A program made the position numbers and the translations under genes. Positions 55,398-64,000 of a stretch of 64,000 bases of DNA are shown here, piece after piece. The stretch spans positions 1,536,001 through 1,600,000 of the forward strand of contig OZ250173.1 in assembly GCA_965238075.1 (NCBI GenBank), in the 5' to 3' direction. The DNA comes from Candidatus Entotheonellaceae bacterium (GTDB taxonomy: Bacteria > Tectomicrobia > Entotheonellia > Entotheonellales > Entotheonellaceae). Below the pieces are notes generated by a model. That model searched no databases, was not told the DNA's origin, and saw only the letters and a program-made list of their open reading frames with translations. Position 1 is the first letter of the stretch. Each line of letters starts with the position of its first letter.

Positions 55398-57728
55398 ATG
55401 CTCGAGTACGAACCCAACATCGTCTTGTCCAATGCGGAGTACAACGAGGTGGGCAAGCGGCCCATCCGCCACGACGGGGCAGAGAAGGTCACCGGCCAGG
55501 CGTGCTACGGCGCCGACATCCGGTTGCCGGGCATGTTGTGCGGCAAGGTGTTGCGCAGCCCGCACGGCCACGCGCGCATCAAGTCGATCGACACCCGGCA
55601 CGCCGAGGAATTGCCGGGCGTGCACGCGGTGGTAACGGCCGGGGACTTGGCGCAACCCTCCAGCCGCGTGGTTGACCTTGCCGAGGGCGTGCTGCACAAC
55701 ATGCGGTTTCTGAGCAACAACATCCTGGCCGCCGACAAGGCGTTGTACAAAGGGCACGCCATCGCCGCCGTCGCCGCCACCAGCCCACACATCGCCGATC
55801 AGGCGCTGGACCTCATTCAAGTCGAATACGAAGAACTGCCCGCGGTGCTCAGCGCCGCGGAGGCGTTGAAGCCCGGCGCACCGCTGCTGCACGAGCGCCT
55901 CGCCACCATGTCCAATGCGAATCTGCGCCCTGGCGGCACCCTGGACGACGACGATCCCACCGACGGCTCGAACCTGGCCAATCAATTCGAGTTTCGCCTC
56001 GGCGATGTGGAGCAGGGCTTCCGCGAGGCCGCTGTCATCATCGAGCACGAAACGGCAACCGCAGCCATCCACCAGGGCTACATCGAGCCGCACGCCGCCA
56101 CCGCGCGGTGGAACAGCGACGGCACCTTGACGCTGTGGTCCAGCAGTCAGGGGCACTTCAACGTGCGCGATCAGACGGCACGCCTGATGGACGTGCCGGT
56201 GTCGAAAGTCAAGGCCATCCCGATGGAGATCGGCGGTGGTTTCGGCGCCAAGACGCTGGTGTATCTGGAGCCGGTGGCCGCGGCGCTGGCCCGCAAGGCG
56301 GGTCATCCGGTGAAGGTGATGATGTCGCGCACCGAGGTTTTCGAGGGCACCGGTCCCACCTCCGGCACGCAGATTCAGGTGAAATTGGGCGCCACCAAGG
56401 ACGGCCGTCTGGTCGCCGCCGAGGCGCACCTGACCTACGAAGCCGGCGCCTTTCCGGGATCGCCGGTATCGCCCGCCTGCCAGTGCATGATGTCCCCGTA
56501 CGACATCCCGAACGCCTGGATCGAGGGGTTTGACGTGGTGGTCAATAAGCCCAAGTCGGCGGCTTACCGGGCGCCCGGCGTGCCGGCCGCGGCGTTTGCC
56601 ATGGAAACCGCGATTGACCTGCTGTGCGAAAAACTGGGCGTGGACCCGCTGGAGTTTCGCCTGCGCAACAGCGCCAAGGAGGGCACGCGGGCGCCGACCG
56701 GGCCGGTGTGGCCGCGCGTCGGGTTTGCCGAGACCGTGCAGGCAGCCAAGGATCACCCGCACTACGCCACGCCGCTCGAAGGCCCTTATCGCGGCCGGGG
56801 CGTGGCCAGCGGCTTCTGGCGCAACAACACCGGGCCAGCCAGCGCGACCGCGATCATTCACAACGACGGCACCGTGAAGCTGATCGAGGGCTCGCCCGAC
56901 ATCGGCGGCACGCGCACCTCGGTGTCGCAGCAATTTGCCGAGGTACTGGGCATTCCGGTCACGGACGTCAGCCCCGCCGTCGGCGATACGGATTCGGTCG
57001 GCTTCACCTCCGTTACCGGCGGCAGTGGCGTGACCTTCAAGACGGGTTGGGCGGCCTACGAGGTGGCCCAAGAGATCAAGCGCAAGCTGATCGAGCGCGC
57101 CGCCCGCATCTGGGACTGTGAAGTGGGCGAGGTGGAATACGACAACGGTGTCCTGCAGCACGCCAAGGACCCCGAGCAGCGCCTCACCTTCAAGCAACTG
57201 GCGGCGCGCCAGAACCCCACCGGCGGGCCGATCACGGCCAGCGCGGGCGTCAACCCCGGCGGCGCCGGCCCGTCCTTGGGCACCCACATCGTGGACGTCG
57301 AGGTGGACCCGGAAACCGGCAAGGTGACCATCCTGCGCTACACGGCCGTCCAGGACGCCGGCAAGGCGATTCACCCCAGCTACGTGGAGGGGCAGATTCA
57401 GGGCGGCGCGGTGCAAGGCATCGGCTGGGCGCTAAACGAGGAATACTTTTTCAATGACAAAGGGCACATGCTGAACTCCAGCTTCTTGGATTACCGCATG
57501 CCGACCAGCCTCGACCTGCCGATGATCGACACGGTGATCGTCGAGGTTGCCAATCCGACCCATCCGTACGGCGTGCGCGGCGTTGGCGAGACGCCGATTA
57601 TCCCGCCGCTGGCGGCGGTCGCCAACGCCATTTCCCACGCCATCGGCGTGCGCGTCAATCAACTCCCCATGTCGCCGGGCCGCATTCTGGGGGCGCTGTG
57701 GGATGAACAATCCCGGAACGGAGGGTAG
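55398..57728 (+). CDS. Second xanthine dehydrogenase/CoxL-family molybdopterin-binding subunit
   Basis: KVTGQACYGAD, IGGGFGAK, AYRAPG, GVRGVGE; clear paralog of 4620-6899. Confidence 0.92.
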   Translation: MLEYEPNIVLSNAEYNEVGKRPIRHDGAEKVTGQACYGADIRLPGMLCGKVLRSPHGHARIKSIDTRHAEELPGVHAVVTAGDLAQPSSRVVDLAEGVLHNMRFLSNNILAADKALYKGHAIAAVAATSPHIADQALDLIQVEYEELPAVLSAAEALKPGAPLLHERLATMSNANLRPGGTLDDDDPTDGSNLANQFEFRLGDVEQGFREAAVIIEHETATAAIHQGYIEPHAATARWNSDGTLTLWSSSQGHFNVRDQTARLMDVPVSKVKAIPMEIGGGFGAKTLVYLEPVAAALARKAGHPVKVMMSRTEVFEGTGPTSGTQIQVKLGATKDGRLVAAEAHLTYEAGAFPGSPVSPACQCMMSPYDIPNAWIEGFDVVVNKPKSAAYRAPGVPAAAFAMETAIDLLCEKLGVDPLEFRLRNSAKEGTRAPTGPVWPRVGFAETVQAAKDHPHYATPLEGPYRGRGVASGFWRNNTGPASATAIIHNDGTVKLIEGSPDIGGTRTSVSQQFAEVLGIPVTDVSPAVGDTDSVGFTSVTGGSGVTFKTGWAAYEVAQEIKRKLIERAARIWDCEVGEVEYDNGVLQHAKDPEQRLTFKQLAARQNPTGGPITASAGVNPGGAGPSLGTHIVDVEVDPETGKVTILRYTAVQDAGKAIHPSYVEGQIQGGAVQGIGWALNEEYFFNDKGHMLNSSFLDYRMPTSLDLPMIDTVIVEVANPTHPYGVRGVGETPIIPPLAAVANAISHAIGVRVNQLPMSPGRILGALWDEQSRNGG

Positions 57729-57734
57729 GACGGC

Positions 57735-58007
57735 GTGCCGGAAGTGTGGCTTCCTCCCAGAATGCAGCGTCTGACCGGCGGGGCGCAGCGGGTGACGGCG
57801 TCGGGCCGCAACGTGCGGCAATTGGTGGAGAGCCTGGAGCGCGCCTATCCGGGGCTCAAGGCCGAGCTGTACGACGACGAGGAAGACATTCTGATGCCCG
57901 GCATTGCCGTCATCGTCGATGGCGAAACCAGCCAGCTTGGCTTGCTGGAGCGCGTCGGCGAAAACAGTGAGGTGCACTTTCTGCCGGCTTTGGGCGGCGG
58001 CGTGTAG
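57735..58007 (+). CDS. MoaD/ThiS-family ubiquitin-like sulfur carrier
   Basis: LTGG, YPGL, EVHFLPALGGGV C-terminus. Confidence 0.85.
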   Translation: MPEVWLPPRMQRLTGGAQRVTASGRNVRQLVESLERAYPGLKAELYDDEEDILMPGIAVIVDGETSQLGLLERVGENSEVHFLPALGGGV

Positions 58008-58043
58008 CCGGTCATTCCAAACTGAGCCACTATGGATAACCCC

Positions 58044-58075
58044 TGCCAGGCGCATCGACGCGCCTGGCATTTTTT
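58044..58075 (+). terminator. Intrinsic terminator
   Basis: 10-bp stem tgccaggcgc/gcgcctggca, 6-nt loop, T6 tail. Confidence 0.75.
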
Positions 58076-58089
58076 ATTGGAGTCAAACG

Positions 58090-59799
58090 ATGGCGATTCG
58101 TGAAAAACCGTACCGCAGCCGCGCCTGGTTCGACACCCCGGAACTGTACGGCTGGCTGCGGCAGGCGGCGTTTCGCGCCCAGGGGTTCGGGGAGCCGGCG
58201 TACGAGGGGCGCCCCGTTATCGGCATTTGTAATTCGTGGAGCGAGCTGACGCACTGCAACTCCCACCTGCGGCAGTTGGCCGAGGCGGTGAAGCGCGGTG
58301 TCTGGCAGGCGGGGGGCTTTCCGCTGGAGTTTCCGGTGATGTCGCTGGGTGAGTACAACATGCGGCCCACCACCATGCTGTACCGCAACCTGATGAGCAT
58401 GGACGTGGAAGAATCCATCACCGCCAATCCGCTCGACGGCGTGGTGCTGCTGGGCGGCTGCGACAAGACGACGCCGGCGCTGCTGATGGGGGCGGCGAGC
58501 GCCGACGTGCCGGCGATTCTGGTCACCGGCGGGCCGCAGCTCAAGGGTAACTGGCGCGGCGAGGAACTGGGGTCGTGCACCGACTGCCGGCGGTATCACC
58601 AGGAACTGCGCGCCGAACGGATTACCGAAGAAGATTGGGCCGAGCTGCAGAGCTGCATCGTGCGTAGCCCGGGGCACTGCATGGTGATGGGCACAGCCTC
58701 GACCATGGCGGCCGTCAGTGAAGCGCTGGGTATGGCGTTGCCCGGCAATGCGGCCATTCCGGCGGTCGATTCGCGCCGCTTGCAACTGTCCGAGGCGGCC
58801 GGGCGGCAGATCATACGGCTGGTGGAACAGGGGCTGCGGCCCTCCGACATACTGACGCCGACGGCCTTCGACAACGCCATCCGCACCCTGCACGCCGTCG
58901 GCGGCTCGACGAACGCCATCGTACACCTGGTGGCCATCGCCGGCCGCGTCGGCATCGACCTGCCGTTGAGCCGCTTCGACGACCTGTCGCGCACGACGCC
59001 GTTCATCCTCAACCTCAAGCCGTCCGGCGAGTTTCTGATGGAGGATTTCTACTACGCCGGCGGCGTTCCCGCCTTGCTCAACGCCCTGGCGCCGTTGCTC
59101 AATCTGGAGGCGCAAACCGTGACCGGCGACAGCCTGGGCGCCAGCATTGCCGGGGCGCAATCGCACAACCCGGCGCTGATCCGAAGCCTGGAGGAACCAT
59201 TGGACGCCGAAGGCGGCTTGGCGGTGCTGCACGGCTCGCTGGCGCCCGACGGTGCCATCATCAAACCCACGGCGGCTTCGCCTGAACTGCTGCGCCATCG
59301 CGGCCGGGCGGTGGTGTTCGAGGATCACGACGACATGGACCGGCGCATCGACGACCCCGACCTGGACGTGCGCCCGGACGACGTGCTGGTGATGCGCAAC
59401 GCCGGGCCGCTGGGCGGCCCGGGCATGCCGGAGTGGGGATTTCTGCCGCTGCCGAAAAAGCTGTTGCGGCAGGGCGTGCGAGACATGGTGCGCATCAGCG
59501 ACGCGCGCATGAGCGGCACCGCCTTCGGCACCGTGGTGGTGCACGCGACGCCGGAATCGGCGGCGGGCGGGCCGCTGGCCGCGGTGCGCAGCGGCGACGT
59601 GATCGAGCTCAACGTGCCCGAACGCCGCCTGGACTTGCTGGTCGAGCCGGCCGAGATGGCCCGCCGCCTGGCGGCGGCTCCACGGCTGCCGGCGCCGTAT
59701 CGGCGCGGCTACGGCTGGCTGTTTACCCAGCACATCTTGCAGGCGGACAAGGGCTGCGATTTCGACTTTCTGCGTGCCGAGGCGCTGCACGCGGCGTGA
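58090..59799 (+). CDS. IlvD/Edd-family dehydratase (sugar-acid/arabonate dehydratase-like)
   Basis: NSWSELTHCN, LYRNL, GCDKTTP, GHCMVMGTAST, SDARMSGT, QADKGCDFDFL. Confidence 0.9.
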   Translation: MAIREKPYRSRAWFDTPELYGWLRQAAFRAQGFGEPAYEGRPVIGICNSWSELTHCNSHLRQLAEAVKRGVWQAGGFPLEFPVMSLGEYNMRPTTMLYRNLMSMDVEESITANPLDGVVLLGGCDKTTPALLMGAASADVPAILVTGGPQLKGNWRGEELGSCTDCRRYHQELRAERITEEDWAELQSCIVRSPGHCMVMGTASTMAAVSEALGMALPGNAAIPAVDSRRLQLSEAAGRQIIRLVEQGLRPSDILTPTAFDNAIRTLHAVGGSTNAIVHLVAIAGRVGIDLPLSRFDDLSRTTPFILNLKPSGEFLMEDFYYAGGVPALLNALAPLLNLEAQTVTGDSLGASIAGAQSHNPALIRSLEEPLDAEGGLAVLHGSLAPDGAIIKPTAASPELLRHRGRAVVFEDHDDMDRRIDDPDLDVRPDDVLVMRNAGPLGGPGMPEWGFLPLPKKLLRQGVRDMVRISDARMSGTAFGTVVVHATPESAAGGPLAAVRSGDVIELNVPERRLDLLVEPAEMARRLAAAPRLPAPYRRGYGWLFTQHILQADKGCDFDFLRAEALHAA

Positions 59800-59867
59800 C
59801 GGGCCGGCCGCATGAACCGTTGGTGATTGCTATGACAATAACCCGTTCAATTTCAATGTCCCGAATC

Positions 59868-59955
59868 GTCATTGCCGCGCACGTGGGAATCCACCTCACA
59901 ACCCCCCAACCCCCCTTCTCAGGGGGGCGTCATTGCCGCGCATGCGGGAATCCAG
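59868..59955. repeat. Two direct family C copies flanking a family B copy
   Basis: gtcattgccgcgcacgtgggaatcca - accccccaaccccccttctcagggggg - gtcattgccgcgcatgcgggaatccag. Confidence 0.8.
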
Positions 59956-59997
59956 CGACCCCGGCTTGAACACGGGGGCCATGGTGATTCCTGCCTT

Positions 59998-61089
59998 CTA
60001 CAAGGTCTGCAACGGCGGCAGGTCGAGTTCGGCGGTGATGCTGTTGAACCACGCGATGACTTCCTGGTGCAGCGGAATGCCGTGGGCGCGCCGCGTGAGG
60101 GTTTCCTCGTGCTCGGACAGGCCGGGGTAGAGGACGCGCTCGTGGCCCTCGGCGGGTTGGGCGGTGCGCAGCGTTTCGAGCATTTCGTCCATGGTGTCCA
60201 GGTAGCGCTCGAGGTCGGTGAAGGCTTCGATGTTGTATGCCGCGAAGTGGTTCTTGGAGCCGCCGGCAGGGTCGAGCATGCTCGGCAGGGCGCCTGACAG
60301 CAACGTGGCCAGAACCTCCGCCATCAGCGCGAAGCCGTAGCCCTTGTGCGAACCTTGCTCCCGCGTGCCGCCCAACGGCAGTTGCAGAAACTCGCTGCGG
60401 TCGTGCACCAGCGTATCCTCGCTGAGCGGGCGGCCTTCCTTGTCGGCAACCCAGCCGGGCAGCAGCGGCGCGCCGACACGCATGGCGAGGCGGATTTTAT
60501 TGCCGGCGATGGCCGAGGTGGCCACGTCAAAAAGGATGGGCGCCTCGTTGCGGGCCGGGGCGGCGATGGCGATCGGATTGGTGCCGATGAGCGGCCTGGA
60601 AGCAAAGGTCGGCACGACGCTGAGGCCGGCGCCGGTGAAGCAGACGCCCACCATGTTGTGTTCAGCGGCGAGCAGGGCGTGGTGGCCAATGGCGCCGAAG
60701 TGGCCGCTGTTGTGAACGTTCACCACGCCGACGCCGACAGTGCGGGCTTTGTCCATGGCCAGCCGCATGGCTCGAGGCCCGGTGATGAGGCCGAGGCGGC
60801 GTTCGCCGTCGATCACCGCGGTGCCGGGCGTTTCGCGCTCCAGCCGCCAGCCGGGCGCCGGGTTGAGCTTGCCGTCGCGGTAGTCGCGCACGTAGGCGCG
60901 CAGCATGTTGGAGACGCCGTGCGTTTCCACGGCCCGCAGGTCGGTCATCACCAGCACGTCGGTGGCCTCAGCCGCCTCGTCGGGCGTGACGCCCATGCGT
61001 TCAAAAATTGCCTGCGCAGTCTGCCGCAGCGCGGCTTCCGGCACCCGCACGACGTCGGCCTGCGGCACCTTGAATCGGTCGAGAATCAT
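59998..61089 (-). CDS. Ldh_2 family oxidoreductase (malate/L-lactate/sulfolactate dehydrogenase-like)
   Basis: THGV, NSGHFGA, GTNPIA, DVATS, SHKGYG, LYPG. Confidence 0.9.
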   Translation of the reverse strand: MILDRFKVPQADVVRVPEAALRQTAQAIFERMGVTPDEAAEATDVLVMTDLRAVETHGVSNMLRAYVRDYRDGKLNPAPGWRLERETPGTAVIDGERRLGLITGPRAMRLAMDKARTVGVGVVNVHNSGHFGAIGHHALLAAEHNMVGVCFTGAGLSVVPTFASRPLIGTNPIAIAAPARNEAPILFDVATSAIAGNKIRLAMRVGAPLLPGWVADKEGRPLSEDTLVHDRSEFLQLPLGGTREQGSHKGYGFALMAEVLATLLSGALPSMLDPAGGSKNHFAAYNIEAFTDLERYLDTMDEMLETLRTAQPAEGHERVLYPGLSEHEETLTRRAHGIPLHQEVIAWFNSITAELDLPPLQTL

Positions 61090-61174
61090 TGGGTTGCTCC
61101 CTGTGGATAAGGATGTGAAGAGAATGTTGACAACCGGTGTTTAACCAACATTTTCTTGCCCGTGCTATGTGACT

Positions 61175-61464
61175 TTGACACGTCACCCCGGCGACCTGTC
61201 CGGCATCGCGGAGCGCGCGGTCGGGCGTAGGGAGCGGCATCCGCAGCCGTATTGCGAGTTCGAGGTACATCGCGTCGTAGACGGAAAGCTTGTGGGCATG
61301 AGCGAGATCAAGCGCCGTACCCGAGGTTCGGGCTATGGGCAGGATCAATCCCGATGGGCAACGCTTGGAGGTGTGCTCGAATCTGCGGCCATTCGCCTGC
61401 TCGAGTCCGGCCCCGCCGGCGAAAGCCATGCCATGGTAACCGAGCAATCAAGAACGAGCGCCAT
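61175..61464 (-). pseudogene. vapC: VapC/PIN toxin with internal deletion and frameshifts
   Basis: Pieces in different frames: MALVLDCSVTMAWL / RRGR...WPQIRAHLQALPIGIDP / LSVYDAMYLELAIR...DRALRDA; 3' end approximate. Confidence 0.8.
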
Positions 61465-61706
61465 CAGTGCTTGCGTCCTTCCTCGATCATCCGGCGAACC
61501 GACAATCCCTCCAGACGATGCGTCTCCTGAAACGCTTTGAGACCAGCGATTGCCTCACGCACATTGTGGGAATTACACGGCTGAAACGGGATCAACTCGG
61601 CTACGGGATGACTGTGCCTGGTGATGACGAATCGCTCCCCTGCCTCTACGCGCTGGAGCAACGGTGGCAACTGAGTTTTGGCTTCGAGTGCACCGATTTC
61701 AGGCAT
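61464..61706 (-). CDS. Phd/YefM-family antitoxin
   Basis: IGALEAKTQL..LLQRVEAGE.FVITRH..PVAEL; IEEGR C-terminus; TGATG coupling to vapC. Confidence 0.88.
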   Translation of the reverse strand: MPEIGALEAKTQLPPLLQRVEAGERFVITRHSHPVAELIPFQPCNSHNVREAIAGLKAFQETHRLEGLSVRRMIEEGRKH

Positions 61707-61889
61707 GGGATAAGCCGCCAGATTGTAGCCGAATCATGTTTGAACCAGATGCACACGCTAGTCTAATCATGCTGTGTGGTCAAGCGGCCGTCAGAACTGC
61801 GCCACATGGTCGAAACCGTGAAGCGTCCTTCGCCCGCGTTGTCCCCGAAACGAGCTTCGACGACCATCCCTCTCGCAGGCCGCCAGGGC

Positions 61890-63632
61890 TTAGGGCCCTA
61901 TTCGCCGGTACTCGACCAATGCGGACCGGCCTTCAATGTGGATGATGCGCGCATCTAATTCATTGGCATCGGCGTCCGTCAATCTCAGACGCTCACCGAA
62001 TGCGAAGCGCACCGGCTGTGCCTGGCCTTGGTTGATCACGACGTTGGAAGCGTACAGATACGTGCGTCCGTGACTGTCCAGGATCGGATTCAGTCTGCCG
62101 TTCAGCCCTGGGAGGTGCCCCGTCGCTTCGGGGAATATGACAGCGCCGCCGCCAGGGAGTTCTTCAAGATCGAGAGCGAGCCCGCGGTCGGCGGGGGTCC
62201 ATGCGCGCTCCACGCGAGCCGAAAAACCCATGGCGGCCACGAATACCGTCATGGGCAGATGGGTGGTGTGCAAGTCGAGTTGCGCCTCCCCGTACTCGTC
62301 GGTCGAAGCACGCTTCCACGTCTTGTTCGGGAAGAGCGCTAACATGTCAACCGCAGCCAAGGGTTTGCCTGCGCCGTATACGGCAACGGTGGCGCGTGCC
62401 GGACTCGGCTCCAGATTCGCGGCGGGAATGATGAGCAGGACCTCCGTTCCATCGATCAGCCGGTATTCGGGCAGCCTGCCGCAGAGTTCCTGGGTTTCGC
62501 GTTGGATGATCGGAACCCCGTCGCCACGACGCTCCATGAAAAACTGCCGGTCCTGGGAGCCTTGCGTCTGGCCGACCGGCATGCGTCCGAGAATCGAGGT
62601 CAATGCCTCGTTGCGGGTCGCCTGCCGCGCCGCCATGCTTTCTATGGTCAGATTGTTCGGCAAAGCGCCCGGAGACTGTATCTCCAGACGGTCATCGAAC
62701 ATCGACAGGCGGATTTTGCTGGCTCGAATCGAGTAGTCACGATGCACCACGGCATTGACCAGCGCCTCAAACAGCGCCTTGTCGCTGTATTGTGGCAGGT
62801 TGACGCGCGCCGGCTCCTTGCGCGCTGCAACCTGCATGTTTCGCACCGCAAAGGCTACCGCATCGGCAATTTGCCGGTTCAACGGACCGGTAATTTCCTG
62901 TGTGTCAATTTGACCGGAAGCCCGGTCTCTTCCCCGGTAGCGGGTTGCCGTAATGCAGGCGTTCGGGAGCCATTGCTCGGGATTTCGGGTGCACAGCAAC
63001 ACGCCAGCTACCGTGGCGCGTGGGGTGCCGGTCTCATCGGGCAACAGTAGGGCCAGCTTGCCTAGCGCTGATTCAGGCTCTGCGGCGCCCTCTGCGCTCA
63101 GCAGGGGCTTCCAAAGCGATTCGTCCAGCGTGTTGAATCCGGTTTGTGGGATGGTTTGTTCGTCGAATGACACGAATCTCGTCTGTCCACGTCGTTGCGC
63201 CAAACGCAGCCGCTCGTCACTCGTCATTTCTCGCTTCGATCCGCCGACGCGGATGTAGCTGCCGCCGGGGCTGTCGTGCTGCGCATCGCCCTGCGGGATC
63301 TCAACGACCAGGAAGCGTTTGCCATCCGGGGTTTGCCTGTGCTGGGTACGAATGCGAACGGCTGGCTTAATGGAGTCCGTACTGACCTCGACAAGGAAAG
63401 CATCGATCGCGACGAGTTGTTCACGCGACAAGTCCTGCACGCCGCCTGTATCTGTGACGCCGCAGAGCAGAACACCGCCCTCCGCATTGGCAAATGCGGC
63501 GATCTCATCCGCCAAATCGTTGCGGCTTGGACTTCTTGGACGAGTCCCGGAGAAGACGATTTCCTTGAACTCCCACCGGCTGTCCTCACCCAATTGCAGT
63601 TGAAGCACGATGTCTTCGTCACTGTATGTCAT
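61890..63632 (-). CDS. Schlafen/AlbA_2 + HATPase_c_4 protein with an extra C-terminal domain
   Basis: GEDSRWEFKE, IAAFANAEGG...GVTD; EALVNAVVHRDY, DRLEIQSPG, ERRGDG; ~165-aa beta-rich tail. Confidence 0.82.
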   Translation of the reverse strand: MTYSDEDIVLQLQLGEDSRWEFKEIVFSGTRPRSPSRNDLADEIAAFANAEGGVLLCGVTDTGGVQDLSREQLVAIDAFLVEVSTDSIKPAVRIRTQHRQTPDGKRFLVVEIPQGDAQHDSPGGSYIRVGGSKREMTSDERLRLAQRRGQTRFVSFDEQTIPQTGFNTLDESLWKPLLSAEGAAEPESALGKLALLLPDETGTPRATVAGVLLCTRNPEQWLPNACITATRYRGRDRASGQIDTQEITGPLNRQIADAVAFAVRNMQVAARKEPARVNLPQYSDKALFEALVNAVVHRDYSIRASKIRLSMFDDRLEIQSPGALPNNLTIESMAARQATRNEALTSILGRMPVGQTQGSQDRQFFMERRGDGVPIIQRETQELCGRLPEYRLIDGTEVLLIIPAANLEPSPARATVAVYGAGKPLAAVDMLALFPNKTWKRASTDEYGEAQLDLHTTHLPMTVFVAAMGFSARVERAWTPADRGLALDLEELPGGGAVIFPEATGHLPGLNGRLNPILDSHGRTYLYASNVVINQGQAQPVRFAFGERLRLTDADANELDARIIHIEGRSALVEYRRIGP

Positions 63633-63677
63633 GGATTGCTCCCGAATCCGAGCGCCATGCGTCGCCCTTCTCACAGA

Positions 63678-64000
63678 TCAATACAGCAGAAGCCTCCAGA
63701 CACCGTTCAGCACCGTCAAGGCCACGGCGCCGATCAGCGTGGTGGTCAGGCTCTCGATTTCAAACCCCTCAAGCAGCTTGTCGGTGAGGAACAGCACAAA
63801 GGCGTTGATCACGAAGACGAACAGGCCGAAGGTGAGCAGCATCGGGATGAAGGCGATGAAGCCGAGAATGCCCGACAGCAGGGTTTGCAGCACGCCGTAG
63901 ACGACGGCGGCGAGCACGGCGTGTCCGAAATTTCGGAAGTGGAAGCCCGGCAGGAACCTTGCAATGGCAGTGAGCGAACCGGCGGACAGAAGCAGGTAAA
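63678..64000 (-). CDS. 4-TM phage-holin-family (YvlD-like) membrane protein, start beyond the window
   Basis: FLPGFHFRNFGHAVLAAVV...P..LLTFGLFVFVINA...GFEI. Confidence 0.8.
   Translation of the reverse strand, partial: YLLLSAGSLTAIARFLPGFHFRNFGHAVLAAVVYGVLQTLLSGILGFIAFIPMLLTFGLFVFVINAFVLFLTDKLLEGFEIESLTTTLIGAVALTVLNGVWRLLLY

Noticed and set aside
61102..61110. Perfect DnaA box (tgtggataa)
   Set aside because: Single isolated box overlapping the Ldh_2 leader; no cluster, AT-rich unwinding region or dnaA/dnaN context.
63678..64000. Prophage boundary suggested by the holin-family gene
   Set aside because: This 4-TM family is commonly chromosomal; there are no endolysin, integrase or structural phage genes in the window.

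Overview
High-GC bacterial chromosomal segment, mostly ordinary metabolic and transport genes. Housekeeping genes: partial lysA, hisN, proS, an archaeal-type glyA and a strongly divergent guaA. Transporters: peptide/nickel-type ABC, Aap/Bzt amino-acid ABC, lactate-type TRAP and an MFS. Oxidative catabolism: a xanthine-dehydrogenase-family M-S-L cluster plus a second orphan L subunit with MoaD, glcDEF, a CmoO/CmoJ-like monooxygenase pair, a cupin-amidohydrolase-PhyH-FMN reductase operon, an IlvD/Edd dehydratase and an Ldh_2 enzyme. Also present: a serine palmitoyltransferase + ceramide-synthase-type GNAT pair, a DUF3015/DUF4105(Lnb) pair, and a Schlafen(AlbA_2)-HATPase protein with an unusual C-terminal domain. 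Decay is concentrated in accessory DNA: a 14-18 kb patch (MITE, frameshifted binding-protein gene, IS5 fragment, complete IS481) and three toxin-antitoxin loci whose toxins are all broken. Intergenic spaces carry at least six families of short palindromic/MITE-like repeats, some nested in each other. No rRNA, tRNA or CRISPR array was seen. All family assignments come from motifs I recognised by eye, not from database searches.
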